DNA of 64,000 nucleotides from NCBI GenBank assembly GCA_016794365.1, contig JAEUKB010000060.1, forward strand, positions 30,613 through 94,612, written 5' to 3'. The notes beneath the pieces were generated by a model that saw only the letters and a program-made list of their open reading frames with translations, was not told where the DNA came from and made no database searches. Position 1 is the first letter of the stretch. Every line of letters starts with the position of its first letter. The position numbers were made by a program, and so were the translations under genes. This document shows, piece by piece, positions 55,960 to 64,000 of this stretch. The stretch comes from Myxococcales bacterium (GTDB lineage: Bacteria > Myxococcota_A > Polyangia > Palsa-1104 > JAEUJZ01).

Positions 55960-56832
55960 TTACAGACGGGGAATTCCCAGCGAGAGCGGTGCCGCGCTGT
56001 GCGTCTTGCCCAGCAGTCCGCGCAGCATCAGCGTCAGCAGCGTGAGAACGTACGGGACGGACTGCAAGATCCAGTTGGGAATCAGCAGTCCGCGTGCTTG
56101 GAGAAAGATTCCGGAGGCTTCTGCCGTCGCAAACAGCAGCGCAGCAGCGGCTCCCCACAGCGGTCGCCAGCCTCCGAAGATCATCGCGGCCAAGGCCAGA
56201 AAGCCACGTCCGCCCGACATCAGGGCCACAAACTGTCGCTGCTCGAAGACCAAGTACACGCCACCGATGGCCGTCAGCAGTCCAGATAGCGCAACGGCCC
56301 ACATTCGCACGCTGAGCACCGACACCGACAGCGCTTGCGCTGCCGCTGGCTTGTCACCGACCGCGCGCAGCCGCAGTCCCAGCACCGAGTGATAGATCAA
56401 TCCGTGTAGCAGAATCACCGACGAAAACGTCACGGCCAGAAGCCACAGCGGACCGCTTCCTACCAGCGCATCCAGCCGAGGCGAGTTCGATGTCGAGCCA
56501 AACTGTACCTTCAGCAGCACGCGCGAAAGCCCATCGGCCAGCATGAAGATCGCGACGCCACAGACGATCTGATCGCCGCGAAAGACGACGACCAGCAAGC
56601 CGTAGAGCAGCGCTGTGATGACACCGGCTGCCAGCCCACACACAAGCGCCAGCGCTGCGCCATGCGGTGCGCCCAGTGCCGTTCCGAGCGCCGCAATCAG
56701 CAAGATGCCTTCCAGCGCGATGTTGATGACGCCTGCGCGCTCACAGACCGTGCCTCCCAGCGCCGCCATCACATAGGGCACCGAGATGCGCAGGATCGCC
56801 CACAGAAGCCCCACAAGAGCCAATGAGTCCAC
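55960..56832 (-). CDS. ABC transporter permease (BPD_transp_2; nucleoside/simple-sugar type, YufQ/NupQ-like)
   Basis: 290 aa, ~8 TM. 'GVINIALEGILLIAALGTA' conserved region of this permease family. Confidence 0.8.
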   Translation of the reverse strand: MDSLALVGLLWAILRISVPYVMAALGGTVCERAGVINIALEGILLIAALGTALGAPHGAALALVCGLAAGVITALLYGLLVVVFRGDQIVCGVAIFMLADGLSRVLLKVQFGSTSNSPRLDALVGSGPLWLLAVTFSSVILLHGLIYHSVLGLRLRAVGDKPAAAQALSVSVLSVRMWAVALSGLLTAIGGVYLVFEQRQFVALMSGGRGFLALAAMIFGGWRPLWGAAAALLFATAEASGIFLQARGLLIPNWILQSVPYVLTLLTLMLRGLLGKTHSAAPLSLGIPRL

Positions 56833-56835
56833 GTT

Positions 56836-58035
56836 CTACCTCGCTGCCCACGGAGAGACAGAGTCCACGGTTTCCGGCACTTGCATCGGCGGCGGCTCGT
56901 GGCTGTGCGCATCGTCAGATTCTCGACTGGTCTGCTTTGGTGGACGCACGTCCTTGTTTCCATCGTCCGTCTTCGCCTGCTGAAAGCGGGGCAGCAAGCG
57001 GCGCACTTCCGCCGAAGCGGTTGCGACGGCCAGGATCACCACCGCGCTGAGCACGTCGATGAGCTCTCGGGGAACCATCGCGTTTACGGCCAGCCCGCCT
57101 TGCGCCAGCGTTCCGAAGAACAGCGCCGACAAGATGACCCACAGCGGCTGGTTATGCGCCAGCACCGCGACGGCAATGCCCAGATAGCCGACACCCGCCG
57201 AAAAGCCGTCCTCGTAGTAGTACTTGTAGCCCAGGACGAAGTTGGCCCCGCCGAGTCCCGCCAGCCCACCCGACAGCGTCAGTGCCAGCGTCTGAATCCA
57301 GCCGATGCGCAGACCCGTTGCCGCTGCCGCGTCGGGATTTTGACCCACCACGCGCAGCGCAAAGCCCAGTCGGGTCCGACGAAGCAGAAGCTCGATGGCC
57401 ACAGCCAGCAGCAGGGCCAGCACAAGCGCTGCATTGACCGCTGAGCCATGAAGCTGGGGAAGGATCGTCGCCAGCCGAGGCAGCTTGGCCGAATCAATGA
57501 CCGGCGCGGTATGTACCGATTCTTTTAGGAACAGATACCCACCGACGCCGATCATGACCGCTCGGACGATGAAGTTTAGCAAGATGGTGACGATGACCTC
57601 GTGGGCTCGACACAGCCACTTGCACAGCCCGACGAACGCACCGACCAGACCGCCCGCGCAGAACGCCGCAAGCAGGCACAGCGGAACCGCTACCACAGAT
57701 GGAACAGCGACGGGAAGATAGGCACCACACAGGGCCGCTGCGAGCGCTCCGACGATGAGCTGACCTTCCGCTCCGACGTTGAACAGCCCAGCCCGCAGCG
57801 CGACCGCCACCGCCAGCCCGGTACAGATGAGCGGTGTGGTCTTAAACAGAACCTGTCCGATGCCGTAGACACTGCCCCACGTCCCAGCGAGCAGCAGCCG
57901 ATACATGGCGAGCGGGCTCTGACCATACAGCCTAGCCAGCAGCGACGCCATGGCCATGGCCAGGAGCGCCGCCCAGACAAACGGCAGCGCCCGTAGCCAC
58001 AGCGGACCCCGAGAAAGCTCGTGTGAGCCCGCCAT
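56836..58035 (-). CDS. ABC transporter permease (BPD_transp_2; YufP/NupP-like) with hydrophilic C-terminal tail
   Basis: 399 aa. 'GLFNVGAEGQLIVGALAAAL'. Multiple TM. About 60-aa charged C-terminal tail. 3-bp gap to the downstream permease. Confidence 0.8.
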   Translation of the reverse strand: MAGSHELSRGPLWLRALPFVWAALLAMAMASLLARLYGQSPLAMYRLLLAGTWGSVYGIGQVLFKTTPLICTGLAVAVALRAGLFNVGAEGQLIVGALAAALCGAYLPVAVPSVVAVPLCLLAAFCAGGLVGAFVGLCKWLCRAHEVIVTILLNFIVRAVMIGVGGYLFLKESVHTAPVIDSAKLPRLATILPQLHGSAVNAALVLALLLAVAIELLLRRTRLGFALRVVGQNPDAAAATGLRIGWIQTLALTLSGGLAGLGGANFVLGYKYYYEDGFSAGVGYLGIAVAVLAHNQPLWVILSALFFGTLAQGGLAVNAMVPRELIDVLSAVVILAVATASAEVRRLLPRFQQAKTDDGNKDVRPPKQTSRESDDAHSHEPPPMQVPETVDSVSPWAAR

Positions 58036-58041
58036 GTGCGT

Positions 58042-61000
58042 CTACAGCGTCCCCGCCTTGCGTCGGCGCATCACCAGCAGCAGCAGCGTCAGCACCGACA
58101 GCTGCGCAAGCGGTCCGCCGGTCGAGCTGTGGCCCATCGTGCAGCCACTCGCTTCTTCCATCGGCATCGGACGATTGATGCCGTCGCCTTCTGCGCTGAC
58201 CTGCGCCAGGCTGACCGCCGTGCCCTTCATGCGGATGTCGATCAGCTCGGACTTGCTGCCCGTCGCTTTCGGTGCGAACACCACCGGAACCTTGGTCGCT
58301 TCACTTGGACCGAGCGACAGCTTGACCTGCGACAGATCCACCAGCCACTCGTCGCCCGGCGGCACAATCACGTCCAGCTCCAGCGGCGTCGTTCCATCGT
58401 TGGCAATCGTGATCGACAGCGGGTTTGACTGATCGCCGACGAAGACCGGACGGAAGCGCAGCGTCGTCGGAGAAACCGTCAGCAGCGCTGACATCGACGA
58501 GCCCTTGATCTGCACCGTCATCGGAACCTGCACGCCGTCTGCTTCCACCACCGCAACCGCCTTGATTTCCGCCTTGGCGACGCGCGGATCGAAGGTGATG
58601 CCGATCTCACTGCTCTCGCCGGGAAGGATCTTGGTCTTGTATCCCGTCACGACGGTGAAGTCCGCAGCGCCCTCGCCCGACAGCTTGACCGACAGGTTGT
58701 CGATGACCACCGAGCCGACGTTGGTCACCTTCACGACCTTCATCTCGCTCTTTTGTCCGACGTAAATCGGCGTGTTGAACTCCAGCACGACCGGATCGAC
58801 GGTGACGTTGGGCACCACGCCGTTTACCGACAGCGGCAGCGAGAACTTGGTTCCTCCCGCGACCGCTGGATCGTCGGTGGTGATGTCCAGCTTTGCCGTC
58901 GCGACACCGACCATCGCTGGAATGCAGTTCACCGTGAAGGTTGCGCTGCCGCCTGCTGCAATCTTGGTTCCGTCTGCTGGCGCATTCACCGAAAACACGC
59001 TCACCATCGGAGAGATCGCGCTCTTGAGGATCGTCAGCTCCTTGTTTCCGTTGTTGGTCAGCTTCACCACCTTCGACACCGTCTGCTTGACCTTGGCATC
59101 ACCGAAGTCCACCTTGGCTACATCGAGCTGACCGACGGCACCATTGGCTTCAGCCTTGAGCGCTACCGTCGCAGAGCCCGACGTTAGCAGATCCGTTACG
59201 ATGCGCAGCGTCGCAGCCAGTGCTCCCGCCGACTTCGGTGACACCAGCACCTGCGCGTTGACCTTCGTTCCGGCGCGCAGCACAAACGGCGTAGCTTCCA
59301 GCGTCGAGACCACGAACGAGTCCGCGCCCATTCCCGAAGCAATCGCCACTTCTTTGACCAGCAAGTCCCCGTCGCCATCGTTGCTTAGCTCGACCTGCTT
59401 TGGGGCGGACATCGATCCGATGTTGACCGAGCCAAAGTCGAGCGAGGTGACGTTCACCTTGAACTTCGGCTCCGTCGCGGTTCCTGCCAGATCGATGGTC
59501 TTGTCCGAGCCCGGCGGTCCCGGCGGCTCGTTGCTCGACAGCGTCAGCTTGCCCGTGCGCAGCCCGTTGACCGTCGGAGAAAACACAATCTGGAACGTCT
59601 TGGTCTGCTGCGCTTGTACCACGAGCGGGCTCATCGCCGTCGGCGCGTTCGGTACCGAAAAGTCGGTGCTGTCCGTCACAATCGACGGCACGCTCAGGTC
59701 TGAATAGCCTTCGTTGGTCAGGTTGATGGTGATCGGAATGCCCTTGCTTCCCGTCGGAACATCCGGCATCAGCACCGAGGTATACGGCAGCTTGGCTTTC
59801 GGCGGACCGGCCAGCGCGCGCACCGGAATCTGAAGCGGACTGCTCGCATCCGTCGAAAGCACCGTAATGCTCGTCGAGAGATCTCCGGTATCCATGCCCG
59901 GCGTGAACTTGACCTCGAAGCTGTACGTCGCCCCCGCGAACATCGTGATCTTGGCGTCGGGACGCGAGGTCTTCAGCTCGTAGTGCGTCGTATCTCCGAT
60001 GGTCGGCTTTTCCAGCTCAATCGGCGACGTGCCTGCGTTTTTCAGTCGCACCGTCACCGGACCCGCCGTCGAGCCTGATGGATTGCCACCAAAATCGATC
60101 GGCGACAGCGAGATCCACAGGTTGCCTTTGCTGGTTCCTTCCAGCACCGATTCGACGCGAGGCAGACCGCTCAGCGTCATAAACAGCGTCGCGCGATGTG
60201 CGCCTTGGACTTGCGGCTTGAACGCCACTTGCACCGACAGCGACGAGCCAATTGGGAGCGTGACAGGTGCCGCCGAGCTGGGCTCGTAGTCGCTGCGATA
60301 GACAAACTGGGCCTTGCCCGAGCCGTCGATGCCGATACTGGTCACATCGATCGGTGCGTCGGAGATGTTGCGGAACGTGATCGTCGTCCAGGCGCTCGCT
60401 CCGCCGAGGCCGGTGCTCGGGAAGACAGGCTTGCGCGGGCTCTGGAGCATTGGTGCCGACAGATACAGGATGGCGTTGGTGATCAGCTCTCCGCCGGTGC
60501 CGCCCCACGAGCCGGTGATCGCGCCTTCATCGCCCGGAAGCATGTTCAAGTCCACGCGCTTTTTGCCGCGCACCGCCAGCAGCGTTCCGTCCGCCCAGTA
60601 TGCGACGGCAGTGGCTCCGGCTCGCAGCGTGGTTCCAGTGACGCGCTGACAGTTGGAACCGCAGGAAAACTCCGTCACTCCTTCGACGAGCGGATCGCCA
60701 CTGAGCACCGTGCCACGCTTGGTTGCTGACGTAGCGTTGGTCGCGCTCTGCGACGTAAGTGCATAGTTTGCGAGGAATCGACCCGCAACGGCTGGCGCAC
60801 CAAACAAGCCGGTCTGCCAGGTGTTCGGCTGGAACATCAGCACCGACGCGCCCGGCACCATCGACATATAGTCCCCGAGCACGTTGCCTACGCCGTCGCC
60901 GCTCGACAGGCCGTAGTCGCTCGACAGCACCACCACCAGCTTGTAGTTTTGAAGCTGGGTCAGCGTCGGGTCACTAAACGCCGAGTCGATCTGATCGACC

Positions 61001-61179
61001 GACGTGTACAGCCCGGTCGCCATGATCTTTTGCTTTACATACTGCCACCAGGCGCTCTCGCTGGAGCGGGTGGCCGTGACGATGGCAGCCTTCTGCGCGC
61101 TTGCCGACTGGACGAAGCCACATATCGTCCACAGCGCCAGCAAAAGGCCGCACACACGCGCAAGTCGAGATCGAGACAT
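58042..61179 (-). CDS. Giant secreted cell-surface protein with repeated Ig-like ('choice-of-anchor D'-like) domains and a MYXO-CTERM-type C-terminal sorting signal
   Basis: Start 'MSRSRLARVCGLLLALWTICGFVQSASAQ' (ATG at 61179; the track start 61263 adds a non-signal extension). At least 8 repeats of '...DFG.V.(I)G......L.N.G...L.I...' ('LDFGSVNIGSMSAPKQVELSNDGDGDLLV', 'VDFGDAKVKQTVSKVVKLTNNGNKELTI', 'IDFGGNPSGSTAGPVTVRLKNAGTSPIEL'). C-terminus 'GCTMGHSSTGGPLAQLSVLTLLLLVMRRRKAGTL' is Cys, then a Gly/Ser spacer, a hydrophobic helix, then Arg-rich, i.e. the MYXO-CTERM pattern. 6-bp gap to the permease gene. Confidence 0.75.
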   Translation of the reverse strand: MSRSRLARVCGLLLALWTICGFVQSASAQKAAIVTATRSSESAWWQYVKQKIMATGLYTSVDQIDSAFSDPTLTQLQNYKLVVVLSSDYGLSSGDGVGNVLGDYMSMVPGASVLMFQPNTWQTGLFGAPAVAGRFLANYALTSQSATNATSATKRGTVLSGDPLVEGVTEFSCGSNCQRVTGTTLRAGATAVAYWADGTLLAVRGKKRVDLNMLPGDEGAITGSWGGTGGELITNAILYLSAPMLQSPRKPVFPSTGLGGASAWTTITFRNISDAPIDVTSIGIDGSGKAQFVYRSDYEPSSAAPVTLPIGSSLSVQVAFKPQVQGAHRATLFMTLSGLPRVESVLEGTSKGNLWISLSPIDFGGNPSGSTAGPVTVRLKNAGTSPIELEKPTIGDTTHYELKTSRPDAKITMFAGATYSFEVKFTPGMDTGDLSTSITVLSTDASSPLQIPVRALAGPPKAKLPYTSVLMPDVPTGSKGIPITINLTNEGYSDLSVPSIVTDSTDFSVPNAPTAMSPLVVQAQQTKTFQIVFSPTVNGLRTGKLTLSSNEPPGPPGSDKTIDLAGTATEPKFKVNVTSLDFGSVNIGSMSAPKQVELSNDGDGDLLVKEVAIASGMGADSFVVSTLEATPFVLRAGTKVNAQVLVSPKSAGALAATLRIVTDLLTSGSATVALKAEANGAVGQLDVAKVDFGDAKVKQTVSKVVKLTNNGNKELTILKSAISPMVSVFSVNAPADGTKIAAGGSATFTVNCIPAMVGVATAKLDITTDDPAVAGGTKFSLPLSVNGVVPNVTVDPVVLEFNTPIYVGQKSEMKVVKVTNVGSVVIDNLSVKLSGEGAADFTVVTGYKTKILPGESSEIGITFDPRVAKAEIKAVAVVEADGVQVPMTVQIKGSSMSALLTVSPTTLRFRPVFVGDQSNPLSITIANDGTTPLELDVIVPPGDEWLVDLSQVKLSLGPSEATKVPVVFAPKATGSKSELIDIRMKGTAVSLAQVSAEGDGINRPMPMEEASGCTMGHSSTGGPLAQLSVLTLLLLVMRRRKAGTL

Positions 61180-61283
61180 CGTTTGGACTCCTTGCATGGG
61201 TTCGCGGTCAACAAAGTGGGTAGGGAAGTCGGACACACCTACGCCTAGGTGGGGGTTTAGCACAGCTTGTACGGGGTCCGCCG

Positions 61284-62609
61284 CTAGAACGATAGCCGCG
61301 TCTGGATTCCGGTCTGAATCACGGTTCCTGCGACGGAAAAATCACCAACAGAAGAGCGTGGATCTGACTTGCGGAAGGTTCTCGTCGGCAGATAGGTCAG
61401 TCCGACATAGCCATCGAAGGCAATCGGACGTGGCAGCACCTTGGTCAGTCCCGCCAGCTCTGCGCCGAGCCCGATGCTGAAGATGTGCTTGTCGCTGTCG
61501 CCCAGGCTCGACTCGCCGTCTTGTTCGGGAATCGGTGATCCTTCGTAGCGATAGCCCGCGCGAGCATCGAGAGACAGCGGTCCGCATCCGTCGAGCGCGC
61601 GCCACTCAAGACCGACCGCAGGAATCAGCAGATCGCGAAATCCGACGGGCGGATAGTCTTTGGACTTGGGCAGCTTGACGAGATCGGTCAGCTGTCCAAT
61701 GTCGAGATCGAGCGTAAACACAGCGGCGGGCGGAGGCTGCTCTCGCCAGCGCGCGTAGGTCAAGTCGAAGCTGACCAGCAATCGCGAAAAGCGTGCCGCC
61801 GCTGCTGCGACGAGCTGCCACGGCTGAAACAGATCGACCGAGCGCGCCAGCTCTTTGAGACTGCCTTTTTCGACGACGGGACGCTGTCCAGGGTCGGCCA
61901 CCTGCGCATCGATTTGAAAGCCTTGTTCCAGATCGAGCGCAAAGCGATGTCGATACGTCAGCCCGAGCGTCAGGTTCGGCGTCGCTGCAAACAGCAGACC
62001 GACCTGCGGATAGCGAATCGCGAACAGATCTTGGCTGATCGAAGCGGTCAGCTCACTGCGCTCGGGGTCCGAGATGCCGATTCGTCCGCGCAGATAGACC
62101 GTTCCCGACGAGCGCGACATAAACGCGAGGCCGCCGCCCAGGTACAGACCGCGATAGATGTGAAACGCCAAGTTGGCCGCCAGATACAGACGCTGGGTTC
62201 GGTTGTCGTACATGTGCAGCCTCGGTTGATCGAAGCTGAGCACGCGAATCCTCGTCACATGCTGGTCGGGCAAAAACAGCGAGACTCCGAAGGCAAAGCG
62301 CGCCGGACCGATCGATCCAGGCAGCACCACTCCGGCGGTGAGCCCGCGCGTATCGAGGAGCCACTGACGCTGACCCGATACCTCGACGAGCGGACGCGCA
62401 AACTGATAGCCGACATCGATGCGCAGACCACTTGCCCGTGCGAGCCCGGCGGGGTTGTAGTAGTTGGCTGCACTGTCATCAGCGACGGCAGAATAGGCAG
62501 AGCCCATGGCTGCCGCGCGCGCACCGTATCCAAAGGCGTCGATGGGATTGGCGTGAGCCTGACCGCGAAGTGCCGCAGCGACGACAAGTGCCAAGATGAC
62601 ACGCTTCAT
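61284..62609 (-). CDS. Outer-membrane beta-barrel protein, FadL/TodX/OmpP1-like
   Basis: 'MKRVILALVVAAALRGQAHA' signal. 'AMGSAYSAVADDSAANYYNPAGLA' (N-terminal hatch motif with NPA). Alternating amphipathic beta-strand pattern. Ends '...RLSF' (C-terminal Phe). Confidence 0.55.
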   Translation of the reverse strand: MKRVILALVVAAALRGQAHANPIDAFGYGARAAAMGSAYSAVADDSAANYYNPAGLARASGLRIDVGYQFARPLVEVSGQRQWLLDTRGLTAGVVLPGSIGPARFAFGVSLFLPDQHVTRIRVLSFDQPRLHMYDNRTQRLYLAANLAFHIYRGLYLGGGLAFMSRSSGTVYLRGRIGISDPERSELTASISQDLFAIRYPQVGLLFAATPNLTLGLTYRHRFALDLEQGFQIDAQVADPGQRPVVEKGSLKELARSVDLFQPWQLVAAAAARFSRLLVSFDLTYARWREQPPPAAVFTLDLDIGQLTDLVKLPKSKDYPPVGFRDLLIPAVGLEWRALDGCGPLSLDARAGYRYEGSPIPEQDGESSLGDSDKHIFSIGLGAELAGLTKVLPRPIAFDGYVGLTYLPTRTFRKSDPRSSVGDFSVAGTVIQTGIQTRLSF

Positions 62610-63817
62610 AGTCGCACTCCCAGCGCTGCACCACCGACGAAAAGCTGACCATCCAAGCGACCACCGGGCGACAGCAAATGCGCCTGTCCAAACAGATCCA
62701 GATCGAGCGGAACTTTGCTGCGCAGGCTCAAGCCCAGACCGACGCTCAGGACATGACGGCTCTGGTCGAGCAGGCTCTTTCCATCGTCTGTTTGCTGCGT
62801 GCTTGGCGTCGGTGTCCAGTCGAAGAAATAGCCACCGCGCAGCTTGATCTGAACCAAGTCCGGCGTCGGCACTTGATATTCCAGCGAGACACGCGGCACC
62901 ACGGTGTCGTGAAAGCCCGGCTCAGGCAGCTTCGGGGAATCCGCCGTCGCTGGTTCAATCGGATAGCGATAGTCGCTCCAGTTCTTCCAGGCAAGCTGCG
63001 CGACAAGCTGTAGCGACGAAGAAATCCGGATCGCAGCCTCGGCCCCGAGCTGAAGCGGATCGTACTGCGCGATGCCTGCGAACGAAATCAGCGGCAGCCC
63101 GAGCGGAATGGCGTCGCCCAATTCGGTATGAAGCCGCAGCAGATACGACGAGCGCGACGCGCCTCGGAAGGTCAGCCCAAGCTGAATGCGCTCACTCGGT
63201 GGCGACCAGCGAATGCCCAAGATCGGGGCGTAATCGACCGTAAGCTGCTCTTCGGAGATGGTGGTAATGCGTCCCGTGCCGTCGGGTCGAATGAAGATGT
63301 CTCCGACGAGAGCCGCGAGCGCCAAGACGCCGCCACCGATGCGCAGTCCGAGAGGCAACCGAATGCCCATGCCGACGAGAACCGAGACAACTTCAGTGCG
63401 TGAGTCGAGGAGAACCGCGCGGGGAACCTCGGGATAGGGCACGCTCACGCGGTTGACGACCCCGGCGGGCAGGTATAGGCCAAGTCCGATGCCGATGCGG
63501 TCGCGCAGGATTCCACCGAGGGGAAGTGGGACGCTGGCACCGATCTGAACGCCGGCGGGGTTGCTCAGCGGATGGGGCTGGTCGTCGATACGAAGCCGAA
63601 AGCCGCCATAGATGAAGCCGAGCGAGAGCTTTTTTTGCGACGACGACAGGCCCGCTGGATTTTGATAGGTCGCTTCCCAGTCGTCGGCCATCGCAATGCC
63701 AGTACCCGCCATCGCTGCGGAGCGCGGACCGAGAGAGAGCAGATCCGGCAGCGATGCCAGCGCAGCACTCGGAACGAGCGTCGTCAGTCCCAGCAGCAGT
63801 CGGGCGGCGCGCGTCAT
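62606..63817 (-). CDS. Outer-membrane beta-barrel protein, FadL/TodX-like paralog
   Basis: 'LLLGLTTLVPSAALA' signal. 'AMAGTGIAMADDWEATYQNPAGLS', the same motif as the neighbouring gene. Its stop overlaps that gene's start by 4 bp. Its own ATG overlaps the dtd stop. Confidence 0.5.
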   Translation of the reverse strand: MTRAARLLLGLTTLVPSAALASLPDLLSLGPRSAAMAGTGIAMADDWEATYQNPAGLSSSQKKLSLGFIYGGFRLRIDDQPHPLSNPAGVQIGASVPLPLGGILRDRIGIGLGLYLPAGVVNRVSVPYPEVPRAVLLDSRTEVVSVLVGMGIRLPLGLRIGGGVLALAALVGDIFIRPDGTGRITTISEEQLTVDYAPILGIRWSPPSERIQLGLTFRGASRSSYLLRLHTELGDAIPLGLPLISFAGIAQYDPLQLGAEAAIRISSSLQLVAQLAWKNWSDYRYPIEPATADSPKLPEPGFHDTVVPRVSLEYQVPTPDLVQIKLRGGYFFDWTPTPSTQQTDDGKSLLDQSRHVLSVGLGLSLRSKVPLDLDLFGQAHLLSPGGRLDGQLFVGGAALGVRL

Positions 63818-64000
63818 GAGGCACTCGTCGGTGGGCTGGCGGTGTCAAACCAGATGGTGACGGGACCGTCGTTGCAGATGTCCACATCCATCATGGCACC
63901 AAAGCGACCTGTCTCGACGACAAAGCCCGCGTTTTTGCAGCCTGCGATGAAGCGCTCATACAGGGCGGTGGCGTCGCTGGGCTGCATTGCGCGAAGGAAC
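63814..64000 (-). CDS. dtd: D-aminoacyl-tRNA deacylase, C-terminal 61 codons (N-terminus beyond window end)
   Basis: My own minus-strand translation: '...FLRAMQPSDATALYERFIAGCKNAGFVVETGRFGAMMDVDICNDGPVTIWFDTASPPTSAS*'. E. coli Dtd ends '...EALYDYFVERCRQQ...[24 protein letters not shown]'. Not in the ORF track because it is truncated at the window edge. Its TGA overlaps the ATG of 62606-63817 (tcATGa). Confidence 0.85.
   Translation of the reverse strand, partial: FLRAMQPSDATALYERFIAGCKNAGFVVETGRFGAMMDVDICNDGPVTIWFDTASPPTSAS

Overview
This is a high-GC (about 65%) chromosomal segment, densely packed with genes, and is almost certainly from a myxobacterium (Myxococcota). The evidence is a MYXO-CTERM-type C-terminal sorting signal on a giant surface protein, five eukaryotic-like Ser/Thr kinase domains in four genes within 64 kb, Myxococcus-type Cys-rich repeat lipoproteins, PEGA and TPR proteins, and a DUF4139/4140 lipoprotein. 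I found no rRNA, tRNA, CRISPR array or recognisable transposon.

Housekeeping genes are rny, pyrG, radC, udk, prmC, dtd (partial), rlmI-like, pepP, a PBP4-family peptidase and kup.

A long run of same-strand genes on the minus strand (24.4-35.0 kb) ends in a glycan module: a GH13 amylase, a sulfatase-fold enzyme with a Thr nucleophile, and a tandem CBM21-like secreted protein. A GH31 alpha-glucosidase lies elsewhere in the window.

My top candidate for an undescribed system is a six-gene, tightly overlapping minus-strand operon at 55.9-64.0 kb. It reads dtd, two FadL-like outer-membrane barrels, a 1045-aa MYXO-CTERM surface protein, then two nucleoside/sugar-type ABC permeases. No ATPase or binding protein for those permeases is present in the window.

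The second candidate is a signalling module at 36.3-40.6 kb: a degenerate YchF-like GTPase lacking its TGS domain, two paralogous membrane HAMP-PP2C phosphatases, and a small protein that weakly resembles RsbW.

Two real ORFs are missing from the supplied track because they run off the window edges: a GT39/83-like membrane glycosyltransferase at 1-1620 (minus) and the C-terminus of dtd at 63814-64000 (minus). Many long ORFs in the track are antisense artefacts of the GC-rich codon usage; I list those under rejected.
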